Of a stretch of DNA of 64,000 nucleotides, positions 9,255-18,735 are shown piece by piece. Position numbers and translations under genes: made by a program. The stretch comes from Candidatus Omnitrophota bacterium. Its GTDB lineage: Bacteria; Omnitrophota; Omnitrophia; Omnitrophales; Aquincolibacteriaceae. Numbering within the stretch: position 1 is the stretch's first letter; every line of letters starts with the position of its first letter. A model generated the notes under the pieces. It was not told the DNA's origin. It worked only from the letters and a program-made list of their open reading frames with translations, and made no database searches. Where the stretch lies: positions 76,007-140,006 of the forward strand of contig PLLJ01000039.1 of NCBI GenBank assembly GCA_003140935.1, written 5' to 3'.

Positions 9255-9713
9255 ATGACAAAAAGAAAGGCTCCATCCGCCCGCCACCTTCCCTCCGCCG
9301 TCAAAAAGGGCAAGATCTACTCGGACGGAGGGGCCCGGGGAAATCCAGGGCCGGCGGCGATCGGCGTACTCATCTGCGATGAGAAGGACCACAAGCTGAC
9401 CGATCACGGTGAGACGATCGGCGAGACCACGAACAACGTGGCGGAATATACGGCCGTTGTCCGCGGCTTGACACTCGCGGCGGAACTTGGCATCGCGGAA
9501 GCGGATTACTTTTTGGACAGCGAACTTGTGGCGCGTCAACTTTCGGGCATTTACCGTCTTAAGGCCGAGCATCTCAAGCCGTTCTTTATGCAGGTCAAGG
9601 AGCTCGAAAAGAAATTCAAGCGCGTCTCCTATTTTCATGTGCCGCGCGAACATCCCAAGATCAAACATGTTGACCGGCTTGTGAACCTGGCACTTGATCA
9701 CGCGGGGAATTAA
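9255..9713 (+). CDS. rnhA: Ribonuclease HI
   Basis: RNase H-like fold motifs DGGARGNPGPAAIGV, NNVAEYTA and DSELV, about 150 aa. Confidence 0.7.
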   Translation: MTKRKAPSARHLPSAVKKGKIYSDGGARGNPGPAAIGVLICDEKDHKLTDHGETIGETTNNVAEYTAVVRGLTLAAELGIAEADYFLDSELVARQLSGIYRLKAEHLKPFFMQVKELEKKFKRVSYFHVPREHPKIKHVDRLVNLALDHAGN

Positions 9714-9718
9714 CAGCA

Positions 9719-9796
9719 GGGGGCTCGTTCCTCGGGACTAGGGGCTCGCAAAACAAGGTTTTTGAACGAGTCCCGAGCGACAAGTCCCGAGTCCCA
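9719..9796. repeat. REP-like family C palindromic pair
   Basis: ggggctcgttcctcgggactaggggctcg...gaacgagtcccgagcgacaagtcccgagtccc. Confidence 0.6.
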
Positions 9797-9836
9797 AAAG
9801 GGCGATGGCGCTTATCAAGGTGTCAGGAGGTTCTTT

Positions 9837-10196
9837 ATGACGCAAGCACTGTATATTCTCTTAGGGTTGACCGCCGGAGTGTTCGGAGGGATGTTCGGCG
9901 TCGGAGGCGGGGTGATCTTGATCCCGGCCATGGTGTATTTTTTCGGGCTGACGCAGCATCAAGCTCAGGGAACGACCCTGGCCATCATGGTGCCGCCTAT
10001 CGGACTGCTCGCGGCCTGGCGTTACTATCAAAGCGGGAACGTGAAGCTGGGAATGGCGGCTTTGATCTGCGCCGGATTCCTTGTGGGCGGCTACCTGGGG
10101 GCCGGTCTTGTGCAGAAAATCCCGGAACTTTTGATGAAAAGAATGTTCGGAAGTTTATTAATGCTCATCGCCTTGAAAATGATCTTCACAAAATAA
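9837..10196 (+). CDS. TSUP (TauE/SafE-like) small membrane transporter
   Basis: Four predicted TM helices and the motif GGMFGVGGGVILIPAMVY. Upstream track extension lacks an SD. Confidence 0.55.
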   Translation: MTQALYILLGLTAGVFGGMFGVGGGVILIPAMVYFFGLTQHQAQGTTLAIMVPPIGLLAAWRYYQSGNVKLGMAALICAGFLVGGYLGAGLVQKIPELLMKRMFGSLLMLIALKMIFTK

Positions 10197-10234
10197 ACGC
10201 TGTTGTTTTTTCCATACAATCCTAGGAGGCTTCG

Positions 10235-11752
10235 ATGAAAGTTTCGTTAGCGGGACTCACAAAAGCAGGAGCCAAGGCAGACCTCTTCGTCGCGGGTTGT
10301 TTTAAGGGCGAAAAAGATTTGAAGGCGCTCAGGAGGATCGATTCCTCGTTCGCGAAGGCGGCGGAAACGGCCATTTCCAAAAAACGCTTTGAAGGAAAAA
10401 CGGGCGAGAGCTTCAGTTCTTATCAGGCCGGATATCGCCAAGCTCCGGAGATGCTGCTTTTGGGGCTAGGTGAAAAAAAAGATCTTAAGACCGCCTCTTT
10501 GAGGAAGTCGGTCGGGGCTTTGACCGGGCTTGCGAATGGCCACAAAGCCATGAAAGTTCGCGTGCTTTTGGACTCTTTTTTGAGCGAAGATATTTCTGCG
10601 GAAGAGGCGGTGAAAATTTTTACCGAGATATCTCTCCTGGCCGCCTACAAGTTCTTGCAGTACAAAACCAAGAAGAAGGACGATCCGCCGAAGGCCCCGG
10701 GATCCATCGAGCTTGTTACGGAAAAAAAGGAACTCGTTTCCACGCTCCGTTTCGTGATGGCGCGCTCCGAGAAGATCGCCAAGGCCGTTCTTTTTGCACG
10801 CAACCTTAACAATGAGCCCGGGAATGTCATGAACCCGCCGCGGCTGGCCAGCGAAGCCAAGAAGCTTGCCGCCGAGAAGAAACTGGGATGCAAAGTCTTG
10901 GGACTTGCCGAACTTAAAAAGCTGGGGATGAACGGGATCCTGGCCGTGAATCAGGGGAGCGTAACGCCGCCGGTCCTGATCATCCTGGAATACGGAAAGG
11001 AACACAAAGCCCAAGGAACGGTTTGCCTTGTCGGGAAGGGCGTGACTTTTGACACAGGCGGCATTTCCATCAAGCCTTCGAAGGGCATGGAGGAAATGAA
11101 ATATGACAAGTCCGGCGCGATCGCGGTCATCGCAACGATGGGACTTGTGGCGGATCTGAAGTTGCCGCTTCATATCGTAGGGCTCGCGCCTTCCGTGGAA
11201 AACAATGTAGCCGCGGACCCGCAACGTCCCGGGGATATTATCCGGATGTACAACGGGAAGACGGTGGAAGTGATGAATACCGACGCCGAAGGACGCCTGA
11301 TCCTTGCGGACGCATTGTCCTACTGCGAAGAGTTCAAACCGGTGGCGATCATTGATGCGGCCACGCTGACGGGGATGTGCCATCACACGTTCGGGGACAA
11401 AACTTGCGGGATCCTCGGGACGGATCAAAAATTGATCGACGCCATTCAAAAGGCCGGAGAAAAAGTCGGAGAGCGGTGTTGGCAACTTCCTCTTTGGGAG
11501 GAATACGGGGAATGCATCAAATCACACCACTCGGACCTTCGGAACACGGGCGACGGCTATGCCGGGACGATCACGGCAGCGATGTTCCTTAAGGAATTTG
11601 TTCCGGAGAAAACGCCCTGGGTGCATTTGGATATTGCAGGGACAGCCTATTGCTCGGCGAACCGCTTTGATTGCCCCAAGGGCGCGAATGGTTTCGGCGT
11701 GCGGCTTCTTACCGAAGTTCTTTCAAATTGGAGTCCGGAGAACGTCTCCTAA
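10235..11752 (+). CDS. pepA: Leucyl aminopeptidase (M17)
   Basis: NTDAEGRL signature and M17 catalytic domain. SD GGAGG. Confidence 0.85.
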   Translation: MKVSLAGLTKAGAKADLFVAGCFKGEKDLKALRRIDSSFAKAAETAISKKRFEGKTGESFSSYQAGYRQAPEMLLLGLGEKKDLKTASLRKSVGALTGLANGHKAMKVRVLLDSFLSEDISAEEAVKIFTEISLLAAYKFLQYKTKKKDDPPKAPGSIELVTEKKELVSTLRFVMARSEKIAKAVLFARNLNNEPGNVMNPPRLASEAKKLAAEKKLGCKVLGLAELKKLGMNGILAVNQGSVTPPVLIILEYGKEHKAQGTVCLVGKGVTFDTGGISIKPSKGMEEMKYDKSGAIAVIATMGLVADLKLPLHIVGLAPSVENNVAADPQRPGDIIRMYNGKTVEVMNTDAEGRLILADALSYCEEFKPVAIIDAATLTGMCHHTFGDKTCGILGTDQKLIDAIQKAGEKVGERCWQLPLWEEYGECIKSHHSDLRNTGDGYAGTITAAMFLKEFVPEKTPWVHLDIAGTAYCSANRFDCPKGANGFGVRLLTEVLSNWSPENVS

Positions 11753-11863
11753 AAGCAGGAAAAACCCTCGGTCCAGCGGCCCTTGCGCGGCATAAAGATT
11801 TTTGCTGAAAAGCCGTTAATGCAACGTCAGGAAAACGGCTCATTTTTCGGGAGGAAAATGCCC

Positions 11864-12304
11864 ATGAAAAAACATTTCTCTTTTCTTTTAGCTCTTCTGA
11901 TGATCTTCGCGTCTTTGTCTCCATCAGCCTTTGCGATGGGAGTCAAACAATTCGGAGCATCCTTGCTTTTGCCGACCACGGGTCAAGCCATGAACGGTGA
12001 GATCGGAGCCACCAAGACCAAGATCATGGCGGGCGTTGAAGTGGCCGCCGTGACCACGACGATCCTGCTGGCCACGCTGACCAGCGGCGGTCTTTTCTGG
12101 GTGGGGCTTGGGCCGCTTTTGGCCAACCACGCGTGGAGTGCCGCCGACGCTTATAAGACGGCGCGCAGCAACAACACGAACGATCCTTATATCCAACAAC
12201 AACTGACTTCAGCCCAGCGAACTCTGGACGCGTCCCGTCAGAGCCGTTTTGACCGGGAATCCGATATTCGCCAGAGGATCCTGAAAGCCGGCGAGCAGTC
12301 CTGA
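11864..12304 (+). CDS. Secreted hypothetical protein
   Basis: Signal peptide MKKHFSFLLALLMIFASLSPSAFA. No recognisable domain. Confidence 0.4.
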   Translation: MKKHFSFLLALLMIFASLSPSAFAMGVKQFGASLLLPTTGQAMNGEIGATKTKIMAGVEVAAVTTTILLATLTSGGLFWVGLGPLLANHAWSAADAYKTARSNNTNDPYIQQQLTSAQRTLDASRQSRFDRESDIRQRILKAGEQS

Positions 12305-12542
12305 TCCTCATCTATTAAAATCAAAGGTTGATCAGGACAGTCCAAGTCGCCATAAAGGGAATAAATAAAAGACTTGGACAGAACTAGAAATCGCTCTTTG
12401 ATTTTCTGATCTTGCGAAAGGCCTGATCCTCGCGATCAGGCCTTTTTTTCTATACTGTTCTCCATTTAATTTTATGAGGTAACAGTATGGTGCCGCATCC
12501 CCTTAATTTTAAATGTCATGCGGCGCCAACCCTAAGGAATTC

Positions 12543-13874
12543 ATGAAAGACCATCAAAGACAGCTTGTTTTTTCGCAGCTCCGCATGGCGACCGAGGTTT
12601 GGCAAGGCGTCCAAAAGGATCCGATGCCTTCGGACCGGTGGCTTGCCCGCTATTTTTATCAGAACCGGAAAAAAGTCGGCTCCCGCGACCGGAAATTCCT
12701 TTCCGAAACGATCTACGCGATCTTTCGCCACAAAAGCTTTCTGGAGGCCTGGGTCGAAAAGGCCAAATCGCGCCCGATCATGAGCGAGCTTGAGAAGGCC
12801 GAATGCCTTTGTCTTTACGCCGCCGCGAAGGAGGGACTTGTCAGCAAGGAGGATTTTCACGGAATCTTCAAACAAAGCGAGAAAGTCTATGCCGCTTTGC
12901 GGGAGCATCTTCTTCCGGAGGAAAAAGGGCCGAAGTCGAAGGAAGAAATGATGGCGCTTCTTTATTCCTTTCCTTTGTGGCTGGTCCATCATTGGGCCGA
13001 AGCGTTCGGCGTCCAAGAAACGGAACGGCTGATCGGTTTTTTTCAGGCAAGGCCGCTTCTCGTGCTTCGCGCCAATACGCTTAAGATCAGCCGGAAAAGG
13101 CTCGTGGATCTGTTCCGCCGTATGGACGTCGAAGCCAACCCGACGATCCTGTCCTATTTCGGGCTGATCCTTCAGGAGCGGCGCAATGTGTTCGACACGC
13201 CGGCTTTCCGGGACGGGTGGTTCGAGGTCCAGGACGAAGGCAGCCAAATGGTCTGCCAGAAAATGGACCCCCAACCCGGGGAAAGTATTTGGGACGTTTG
13301 TGCCGGGGGCGGCGGGAAAAGCCTGCTTTTGGCGGCGATGATGGAGAATAAGGGACGCATCGTGGCGACGGACCTGCGTTCCTATAAACTGGAAGAACTT
13401 AAAAAGAGGGCCAAGCGGGCCGGGGTCTTTAATATTTTTCCTGCGGAGCTGGACCGCATGGCGGATCTCAAGCTTGCGCAGAGAGGGTTTGACAGGATCC
13501 TGGTGGATGCGCCGTGTTCCGGCACCGGGACGCTCGGCCGGAACCCCGACGCGAAGTGGAAACTCGCTCCCGCCTGGTTCGAGGCGCTCCCCAAAGAGCA
13601 GCTTGCGATCCTTGAAAAAGCTTTGCCATATCTTGCGGAACACGGCAGACTGTACTACGCGACTTGTTCGGTGGAGGCCGCGGAAAACGAAGAGGTCGTA
13701 AAAACATTTTTGACAGCGCATCCGGAGCTCGAGATCGTTCCCTGCGGAGATGCGGGGGAAAAATTCTTCAAGCTTTGGCCGCCGGAGAGCGGGACGGACG
13801 GCTTTTTTCTTGCAGTGTTTAAAAAAATCAATGAAGGAACAAAAGAGGGGAAGAAAACATGGAAAAAAAGATGA
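12543..13874 (+). CDS. rsmB: 16S rRNA m5C967 methyltransferase RsmB/Sun family
   Basis: NusB-like N-terminal domain and SAM MTase motifs (DVCAGGGGKS, DAPCSGTGT). Confidence 0.8.
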   Translation: MKDHQRQLVFSQLRMATEVWQGVQKDPMPSDRWLARYFYQNRKKVGSRDRKFLSETIYAIFRHKSFLEAWVEKAKSRPIMSELEKAECLCLYAAAKEGLVSKEDFHGIFKQSEKVYAALREHLLPEEKGPKSKEEMMALLYSFPLWLVHHWAEAFGVQETERLIGFFQARPLLVLRANTLKISRKRLVDLFRRMDVEANPTILSYFGLILQERRNVFDTPAFRDGWFEVQDEGSQMVCQKMDPQPGESIWDVCAGGGGKSLLLAAMMENKGRIVATDLRSYKLEELKKRAKRAGVFNIFPAELDRMADLKLAQRGFDRILVDAPCSGTGTLGRNPDAKWKLAPAWFEALPKEQLAILEKALPYLAEHGRLYYATCSVEAAENEEVVKTFLTAHPELEIVPCGDAGEKFFKLWPPESGTDGFFLAVFKKINEGTKEGKKTWKKR

Positions 13875-14221
13875 CTTGGATCCTTGTCGGACTTTTATTT
13901 CTCGGGGCAGGACCTCTTTTCGCGGCAGAAACCGTCAAAAAAGAATGCCCCTTTAAAAAGATCGGCTTTCTGGAAAAGCGCGGGATCGTGAACTTCGCGA
14001 CCTCGCCCGCGGAACTGGTCTATGCCTTCAAAAGCGAAAAAAAAGCGCATCCCAAAGCTTGGCCCGTTACCTATATCCCGCGCTTTTTCACGAATGCGGC
14101 GATACGGGTGGGGTCCAGCGTGAATGATATCCTCGTGCTTCCCTGGTGTCCGACGGCATGCGACACCACGCCCCTGACGCGGCGTTTCGAGCTTCCGGAC
14201 TATGTTTGGCAAAAGGAATAG
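13871..14221 (+). CDS. Secreted small protein, TIGR04073-like (exosortase-system-associated family) paralog
   Basis: ATGA overlap with the rsmB stop. Signal peptide. Motif KKIGFLEKRGIVNFATSPAEL is shared with 15638(-) and 18016(+) paralogs. Confidence 0.4.
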   Translation: MTWILVGLLFLGAGPLFAAETVKKECPFKKIGFLEKRGIVNFATSPAELVYAFKSEKKAHPKAWPVTYIPRFFTNAAIRVGSSVNDILVLPWCPTACDTTPLTRRFELPDYVWQKE

Positions 14222-14258
14222 GCCGGCGGCTTTCCCGGCTTGATCCTCAGACCTCACG

Positions 14259-14999
14259 ATGAAAAAAGAGAATATCGCCATCATTCTTGTCTTTCCCGAG
14301 AACCCCGACAATATCGGAGCGGCAGCCCGCGCCGTCAAGAACATGGGTTTCTCGGACCTGCGCCTTGTAGGGCCGCCGCGGGCGTGGCGGGCCAAGGCCA
14401 AAAAAATGGCCGTGTCGGCGGAGGATATCCTGAAAAAAGGAAAGGAGCACGCTTCTCTTCACGACGCGGTCCGGGACCTGGGGCTTGTGATCGGAACGAC
14501 CCGGCGCCCGGGCGGACATCGCGGGGCTTTTCTTCCTTTTGAGAAAACGCTCGCGAAGATCCGCGGGAAATCCCAAAACCAGAAGATAGGGATCGTTTTT
14601 GGCCGTGAATCCAAAGGTCTCGCGAACGAAGACAGCGCCTCATGCGATCACTTGGTGACCATTCCCACGGGGTCTTCCTACCCGTCGCTCAATCTTGCGC
14701 AGGCCGTGATCGTCATGTTGTTCGCTCTTTGCCGGGAACGACGCTTTGAAAAAACGGCCTTACACGAAAGAGCTTTGAATAAAAAAGAGATCGAAATTAC
14801 GGTCTCACATTTTGAAGAAGCGCTGAAGGCGCTGGGGTATAAGAAAGGCGGATCGGATCTTCTGCCGAGGATCCTCCGGACTTTGCGGGGGCTCATCAAA
14901 CGGAACGGACTTTTAGAGCCTGAAGCGCAAATGATCAAAGGTCTTTCCAGAAAGATCCGAGAAAAAATTTTGAATGTTCGCGGTACAAGGATAGAATAA
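14259..14999 (+). CDS. trmJ: tRNA 2'-O-methyltransferase, SpoU/TrmJ family
   Basis: SPOUT N-terminus IAIILVFPENPDNIGAAARAVKNMGF and TrmJ-like C-terminal extension. Confidence 0.65.
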   Translation: MKKENIAIILVFPENPDNIGAAARAVKNMGFSDLRLVGPPRAWRAKAKKMAVSAEDILKKGKEHASLHDAVRDLGLVIGTTRRPGGHRGAFLPFEKTLAKIRGKSQNQKIGIVFGRESKGLANEDSASCDHLVTIPTGSSYPSLNLAQAVIVMLFALCRERRFEKTALHERALNKKEIEITVSHFEEALKALGYKKGGSDLLPRILRTLRGLIKRNGLLEPEAQMIKGLSRKIREKILNVRGTRIE

Positions 15000-15020
15000 C
15001 TCAAAAGGAGTCCTAAGATC

Positions 15021-15566
15021 ATGGACGAACAAACGCTCAAGCAGGAACTCTTAAAGCTGATCCAGGAAAAGGCCGTGGTGCGCGGGGAGCGCAAGCTGGC
15101 TTCCGGAAAGATCTCCCAGTACTATATTGACGGCAAGCAGGTCACGCTCGATGCGCAAGGGCTTTTCTATGCGGCGAAAGTGATCCTTCACATGGCCCAG
15201 GCGGTGGGCGCGGACGCGGTCGGAGGACCGACGCTCGGCGCGGACCCTCTCGCAGCGGCCGTGTCAGTCCTGAGCTCTCAGAGCGGAAAACCCCTCAAGG
15301 CGTTCATCGTCCGCAAAGAAGCCAAAGACCACGGGATGCAAAAGATGATCGAAGGACCCGCCCTGGTGCCCGGCGACAAAGTGATCATGCTCGAAGATGT
15401 GGTCACGACAGGAGGCTCGGTCCTGAAGGCCATCAAGGAAGTGGAAGCGCTCGGCGCCAAGGTCGTCAAAACGATCTGTCTTGTGGACCGCAATGAGGGA
15501 GCTTCGGAAACACTTTCCGGTTATCACTACTCGCCGATCTTCACGTTGAGCGACCTGGGCTTGTAG
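15021..15566 (+). CDS. pyrE: Orotate phosphoribosyltransferase
   Basis: PRPP-binding motif VIMLEDVVTTGGS, about 180 aa. Confidence 0.8.
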   Translation: MDEQTLKQELLKLIQEKAVVRGERKLASGKISQYYIDGKQVTLDAQGLFYAAKVILHMAQAVGADAVGGPTLGADPLAAAVSVLSSQSGKPLKAFIVRKEAKDHGMQKMIEGPALVPGDKVIMLEDVVTTGGSVLKAIKEVEALGAKVVKTICLVDRNEGASETLSGYHYSPIFTLSDLGL

Positions 15567-15585
15567 GAACCGGGCTGCAACACTC

Positions 15586-15624
15586 CAAAAAAAAAGCCCC
15601 GCTGAACGGCGGGGCTTTTTTTAT
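15586..15624. terminator. Bidirectional rho-independent terminator
   Basis: aaaaaaaaagccccgc-tgaacg-gcggggcttttttt, with A-run and T-run on either side. Confidence 0.7.
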
Positions 15625-15637
15625 TTCGAAAGAAATT

Positions 15638-16156
15638 TTATTTCTTCACGTAATCGTAAGCATTATGTTTTTGGGTCATGTGCTTGCGGGTCGGAGCGGG
15701 TTCCGTTTCCGTGACCGTCACGAGGGGCTCCTGAGGCGCGGCGACGGGCGCTACGGCTGGGACCACCGGGGCCTCGACAGGCTTTGCGACCTCGGGGGTT
15801 TCTTCTAAACAATTGTCATAAGAACGTGCCACGGGAAAACCGTTGAATCCCGGCACCCAGAAGAGAGCGACGTCCACGATCCCCGAGCCGGCGCGAAGTG
15901 CGGTGCAGGCAAGACCTCCTGCCATACCCGTCATGGTGCCGACGAGAGCCGGGCCTTCTTTCGACCGATTGACCGTCTGAACAAAAATGTCCACGGGGCT
16001 TGTGGCGGCATTAATGAATCCGCGGCCCAACATCCCGCCCATCTTTTCTTTGTAGACATCCGATTGTGCCATCTCCCAAGTATCTTTTGCGAAGCTCATC
16101 GGGACCAGCAAAAAAGTGCAGACCACAAGAGCCAGAAACATCTTCGCTTTCTTCAT
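15638..16156 (-). CDS. Secreted TIGR04073-like paralog with Pro/Ala/Val-rich C-terminal tail
   Basis: Signal peptide. Motif GGMLGRGFINAATSPVDIF matches the other two paralogs. ATG at 16156 with a G-rich SD. Confidence 0.4.
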   Translation of the reverse strand: MKKAKMFLALVVCTFLLVPMSFAKDTWEMAQSDVYKEKMGGMLGRGFINAATSPVDIFVQTVNRSKEGPALVGTMTGMAGGLACTALRAGSGIVDVALFWVPGFNGFPVARSYDNCLEETPEVAKPVEAPVVPAVAPVAAPQEPLVTVTETEPAPTRKHMTQKHNAYDYVKK

Positions 16157-16356
16157 GAACAACCCCCTTTTTTACGAATTTTTAAAGATGGCCGACAGAA
16201 CCCGGAAAATCTTTTCTAAAAGCCGAACAGACGTAGATACTACAATGAATAAAAATAACAAGCAATAATATTTTTCTTGTCGCCCTCATTTTTTTGTAAG
16301 CACATGAAGGGTAATAAGTTACAAAAATGGATAGAAAGACCAAAAACTAGCAACTA

Positions 16357-16385
16357 TTGACAATTTATAGTATATGAGATAGATT
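16357..16385 (+). promoter_or_regulatory. Putative sigma70 promoter in AT-rich spacer
   Basis: TTGACA-N17-TAGATT within a 280-bp AT-rich region upstream of the HTH gene. Confidence 0.4.
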
Positions 16386-16446
16386 GTGTTGTATGATGTA
16401 GCTATAACTAGCTCAAAAATAGCAATAATAAACAAGGAGAACTAGA

Positions 16447-16671
16447 ATGGAACAAGCAAAAGAAGTGAGCAACCAGGAGCATCAATATCCCAAGAGAGAG
16501 AGATCCCAGATCATGACGCCTAAAGAAGCGGCGAAATATCTCGGATTCCATCTTGTGACGATCTATCGCTTGCTGAAGAAGGGCGAAGTTCCCGCGACGA
16601 AGATCGGCGGACAGTGGCGGTTTAAAAAAGATGTCCTGGATACTTGGTTGACGGACCGCATGAACGCCTAA
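16447..16671 (+). CDS. Excisionase/MerR-family helix-turn-helix DNA-binding protein
   Basis: MTPKEAAKYLGFHLVTIYRLLKKGEVPATKIGGQWRF is a classic excisionase-family HTH. Confidence 0.6.
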   Translation: MEQAKEVSNQEHQYPKRERSQIMTPKEAAKYLGFHLVTIYRLLKKGEVPATKIGGQWRFKKDVLDTWLTDRMNA

Positions 16672-16706
16672 AGGATCCTCCGGGCTTACGAGGATGATAA
16701 TGATCG

Positions 16707-17825
16707 TCAGGTGAGTCGAGCCCCGGGTTTCCTTTCCGCAAGGCCTCTTTTGGGGAAAAGAGGATCGAGCGGCCCCTTTCGAACGGCCAGAGCGCGCGCT
16801 ATTTCCCTGTGCGGGGACGGAAAAGCGATACGGGCCAGTTTTGCGACCGGGAACCACCTTCCATAACGGTCCTTCCTGGGCGTCTTCTTTTCACACAACG
16901 ATTCAAAAACCTCCAGCGTGATCCTGTATTTCGTAAAAGCATGAGAGACGGTCAAAAAAGGGACCGGCCGCGGACCGGAAGACCGGAATTCTTCCAGCAT
17001 TTCTTTTTTATGCATCCAGAAAGGGAACATCCAAAGCCCGCCCCACCGTCCCTGCCGCGGTTGTTTTTCAAGCCAGACTTCATTTTTGGGATTTCGCAGC
17101 ACCAGGGCCGCCATCCTTAATTTTTCAGAACGGTTTTTCCGGGAACGGACGGGATAAAAGAGCTCCCTTCCTTTTTGACGGGCCGCGCAGCTTTTTCTTA
17201 CCGGACACCGGGCACATTGCGGATTCGAGGGAAAACAGACGGTGGCGCCTAACTCCATCAGCGCCTGATTCAGGTCGCCGGGGTTTTTCCCCGGGAGGAG
17301 CGACGCCGCGATCGACCAAAGTTTTTCCAGGGTCGCGGGCCGGTCCACGCTTTGAGCGAGGGCGAAGATCCTCGTGAGAATGCGGATCACGTTCCCGTCC
17401 AGCACCGGCGTTTTTTCGCCCCAAGCGATACTGGCGATCGCTCCTGCCGTGTAGCGGCCGATGCCGGGCAGCTTTCTCAACCCTTCCGAACTTCCTGGGA
17501 TTTTCCCCCGAAACTCCCTTTGGAGGTAGCTTACCGCTTCATGGAACATCCGGACCCGCCTGTAATAGCCTAATCCGGCCCAGAGCTCCAGGGCTTTTGA
17601 CAGAGGAGCGCGGGCCAGGGAGGAAAGCGTGGGGAAGGTCTTCAGCCAGCGCTCATAGTAAGGAATGACCGTCGCGACCTGCGTCTGCTGGAGCATGATC
17701 TCGGAAACCCAGATCCTGTAGGGATCGCGGGTATGGCGCCAAGGGAGATCTCTCTTGTGACGGGAATACCAGCGGAGAAGCGAACGGCTGAGTTTTGTGA
17801 GCGATGAAGAGGAAAGTTTGCGCAT
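16707..17825 (-). CDS. mutY: A/G-specific adenine DNA glycosylase
   Basis: HhH-GPD motifs, Fe-S cluster cysteines (CFPSNPQCARCPVRKSC) and NUDIX-like C-terminal domain. ATG at 17825. Confidence 0.8.
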   Translation of the reverse strand: MRKLSSSSLTKLSRSLLRWYSRHKRDLPWRHTRDPYRIWVSEIMLQQTQVATVIPYYERWLKTFPTLSSLARAPLSKALELWAGLGYYRRVRMFHEAVSYLQREFRGKIPGSSEGLRKLPGIGRYTAGAIASIAWGEKTPVLDGNVIRILTRIFALAQSVDRPATLEKLWSIAASLLPGKNPGDLNQALMELGATVCFPSNPQCARCPVRKSCAARQKGRELFYPVRSRKNRSEKLRMAALVLRNPKNEVWLEKQPRQGRWGGLWMFPFWMHKKEMLEEFRSSGPRPVPFLTVSHAFTKYRITLEVFESLCEKKTPRKDRYGRWFPVAKLARIAFPSPHREIARALAVRKGPLDPLFPKRGLAERKPGARLT

Positions 17826-18015
17826 AGCCGTATCATACTGGGTCGGAGACAAGCCGACAAGAGGCGGATGAAAAATGCTAAAAAGAGATAAAGGAAACAT
17901 GTCGGAAGACGATAACCCTTAGGAATATTAGAGGTTGTCGGCGTCATCAAGTTGTGCCAGAATGCGGGAAAAGATGACGCTGCTTTAAGGCTTTAAAAAC
18001 CAAGGAGGAAATTCG

Positions 18016-18345
18016 ATGAAGAAGATCATGAGTCTGGTGATTGTACTCTCCATGCTGCTCGCGCCGTTGGCTTTTGCGGCAAGTCCGTGGGTGGATGGAA
18101 AAACCTATGGTGAGAAGGTCTCAGGAAAGCTCGGGTATGGCTTGACCAACACGGTTCTGGGTTGGACCAAGCTTTTTACCACTCCGAACCAATACTCCAA
18201 TGAGAAGAAAAATGTTTGGCAGGGAGTTGGACAAGGTTTGGTGGATACCTGCGTCACCACGGTTCTTGGTGCCGTTCAGTTGGTCACCTTCCTGATCCCG
18301 GCGGACATTGAAATCCCCAGCGCGGTGGATCTCAGCGGGAAATAA
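18016..18345 (+). CDS. Secreted TIGR04073-like paralog
   Basis: SD AAGGAGG, signal peptide, motif SGKLGYGLTNTVLGWTKLFTTP. Confidence 0.45.
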   Translation: MKKIMSLVIVLSMLLAPLAFAASPWVDGKTYGEKVSGKLGYGLTNTVLGWTKLFTTPNQYSNEKKNVWQGVGQGLVDTCVTTVLGAVQLVTFLIPADIEIPSAVDLSGK

Positions 18346-18364
18346 GCAGTCTGTTGGTTTTTTA

Positions 18365-18398
18365 AAAAGCGCCGGGTCTCAAAACCCGGCGCTTTTTG
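18365..18398 (+). terminator. Rho-independent terminator
   Basis: gcgccgggt-ctcaaa-acccggcgc followed by tttttg. Confidence 0.7.
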
Positions 18399-18574
18399 TT
18401 TCCAGTCCCCGCCGGCTTCCATACCGCACTCTATTTAAATAGAGGGATGCTGCGGTACAGCCCCTGATTCTCATTTAAGAAAATATTGGAAATCAGTGCT
18501 AGCACCGCAAGGCATTCAATTTAATGGAATGCGGTACAGCACTATTAACCCTTATATTCTAAGGGAGAACAGCG

Positions 18575-18724
18575 CTAGTCAAAAAGCTCGTCCACCCAGT
18601 GCTTCTCGGCCTTTTTCGCCGTCTTTCGATGATAACTCTTCTTGGAGGGTTTCACGCGCGTCTTGGGGTTGATCGCCCAACCGTGACGGGGCTTGGGCAT
18701 TTTTGAAAGCTTTTTCTTTGGCAT
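18575..18724 (-). CDS. Small highly basic protein (49 aa), not in ORF track
   Basis: MPKKKLSKMPKPRHGWAINPKTRVKPSKKSYHRKTAKKAEKHWVDELFD starts 12 nt downstream of suhB with GGAGA SD. Confidence 0.35.
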   Translation of the reverse strand: MPKKKLSKMPKPRHGWAINPKTRVKPSKKSYHRKTAKKAEKHWVDELFD

Positions 18725-18735
18725 CCGGATTTCTC

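Noticed and set aside
10466-11485. 339-aa minus-strand ORF antisense to pepA
   Set aside because: pepA identity is unambiguous, so the antisense ORF is a GC artefact.
12516-13721. 401-aa minus-strand ORF antisense to rsmB
   Set aside because: rsmB on + has clear methyltransferase motifs. High-GC antisense frames commonly stay open.
18400-18580. Possible CRISPR-like or repeat array (tgcggtacagc repeated twice, 16-bp palindrome ctctatttaaatagag)
   Set aside because: Only two short copies without regular spacing or spacers. More likely another small structured intergenic element, possibly related to family B, than a CRISPR array. Too little to call.
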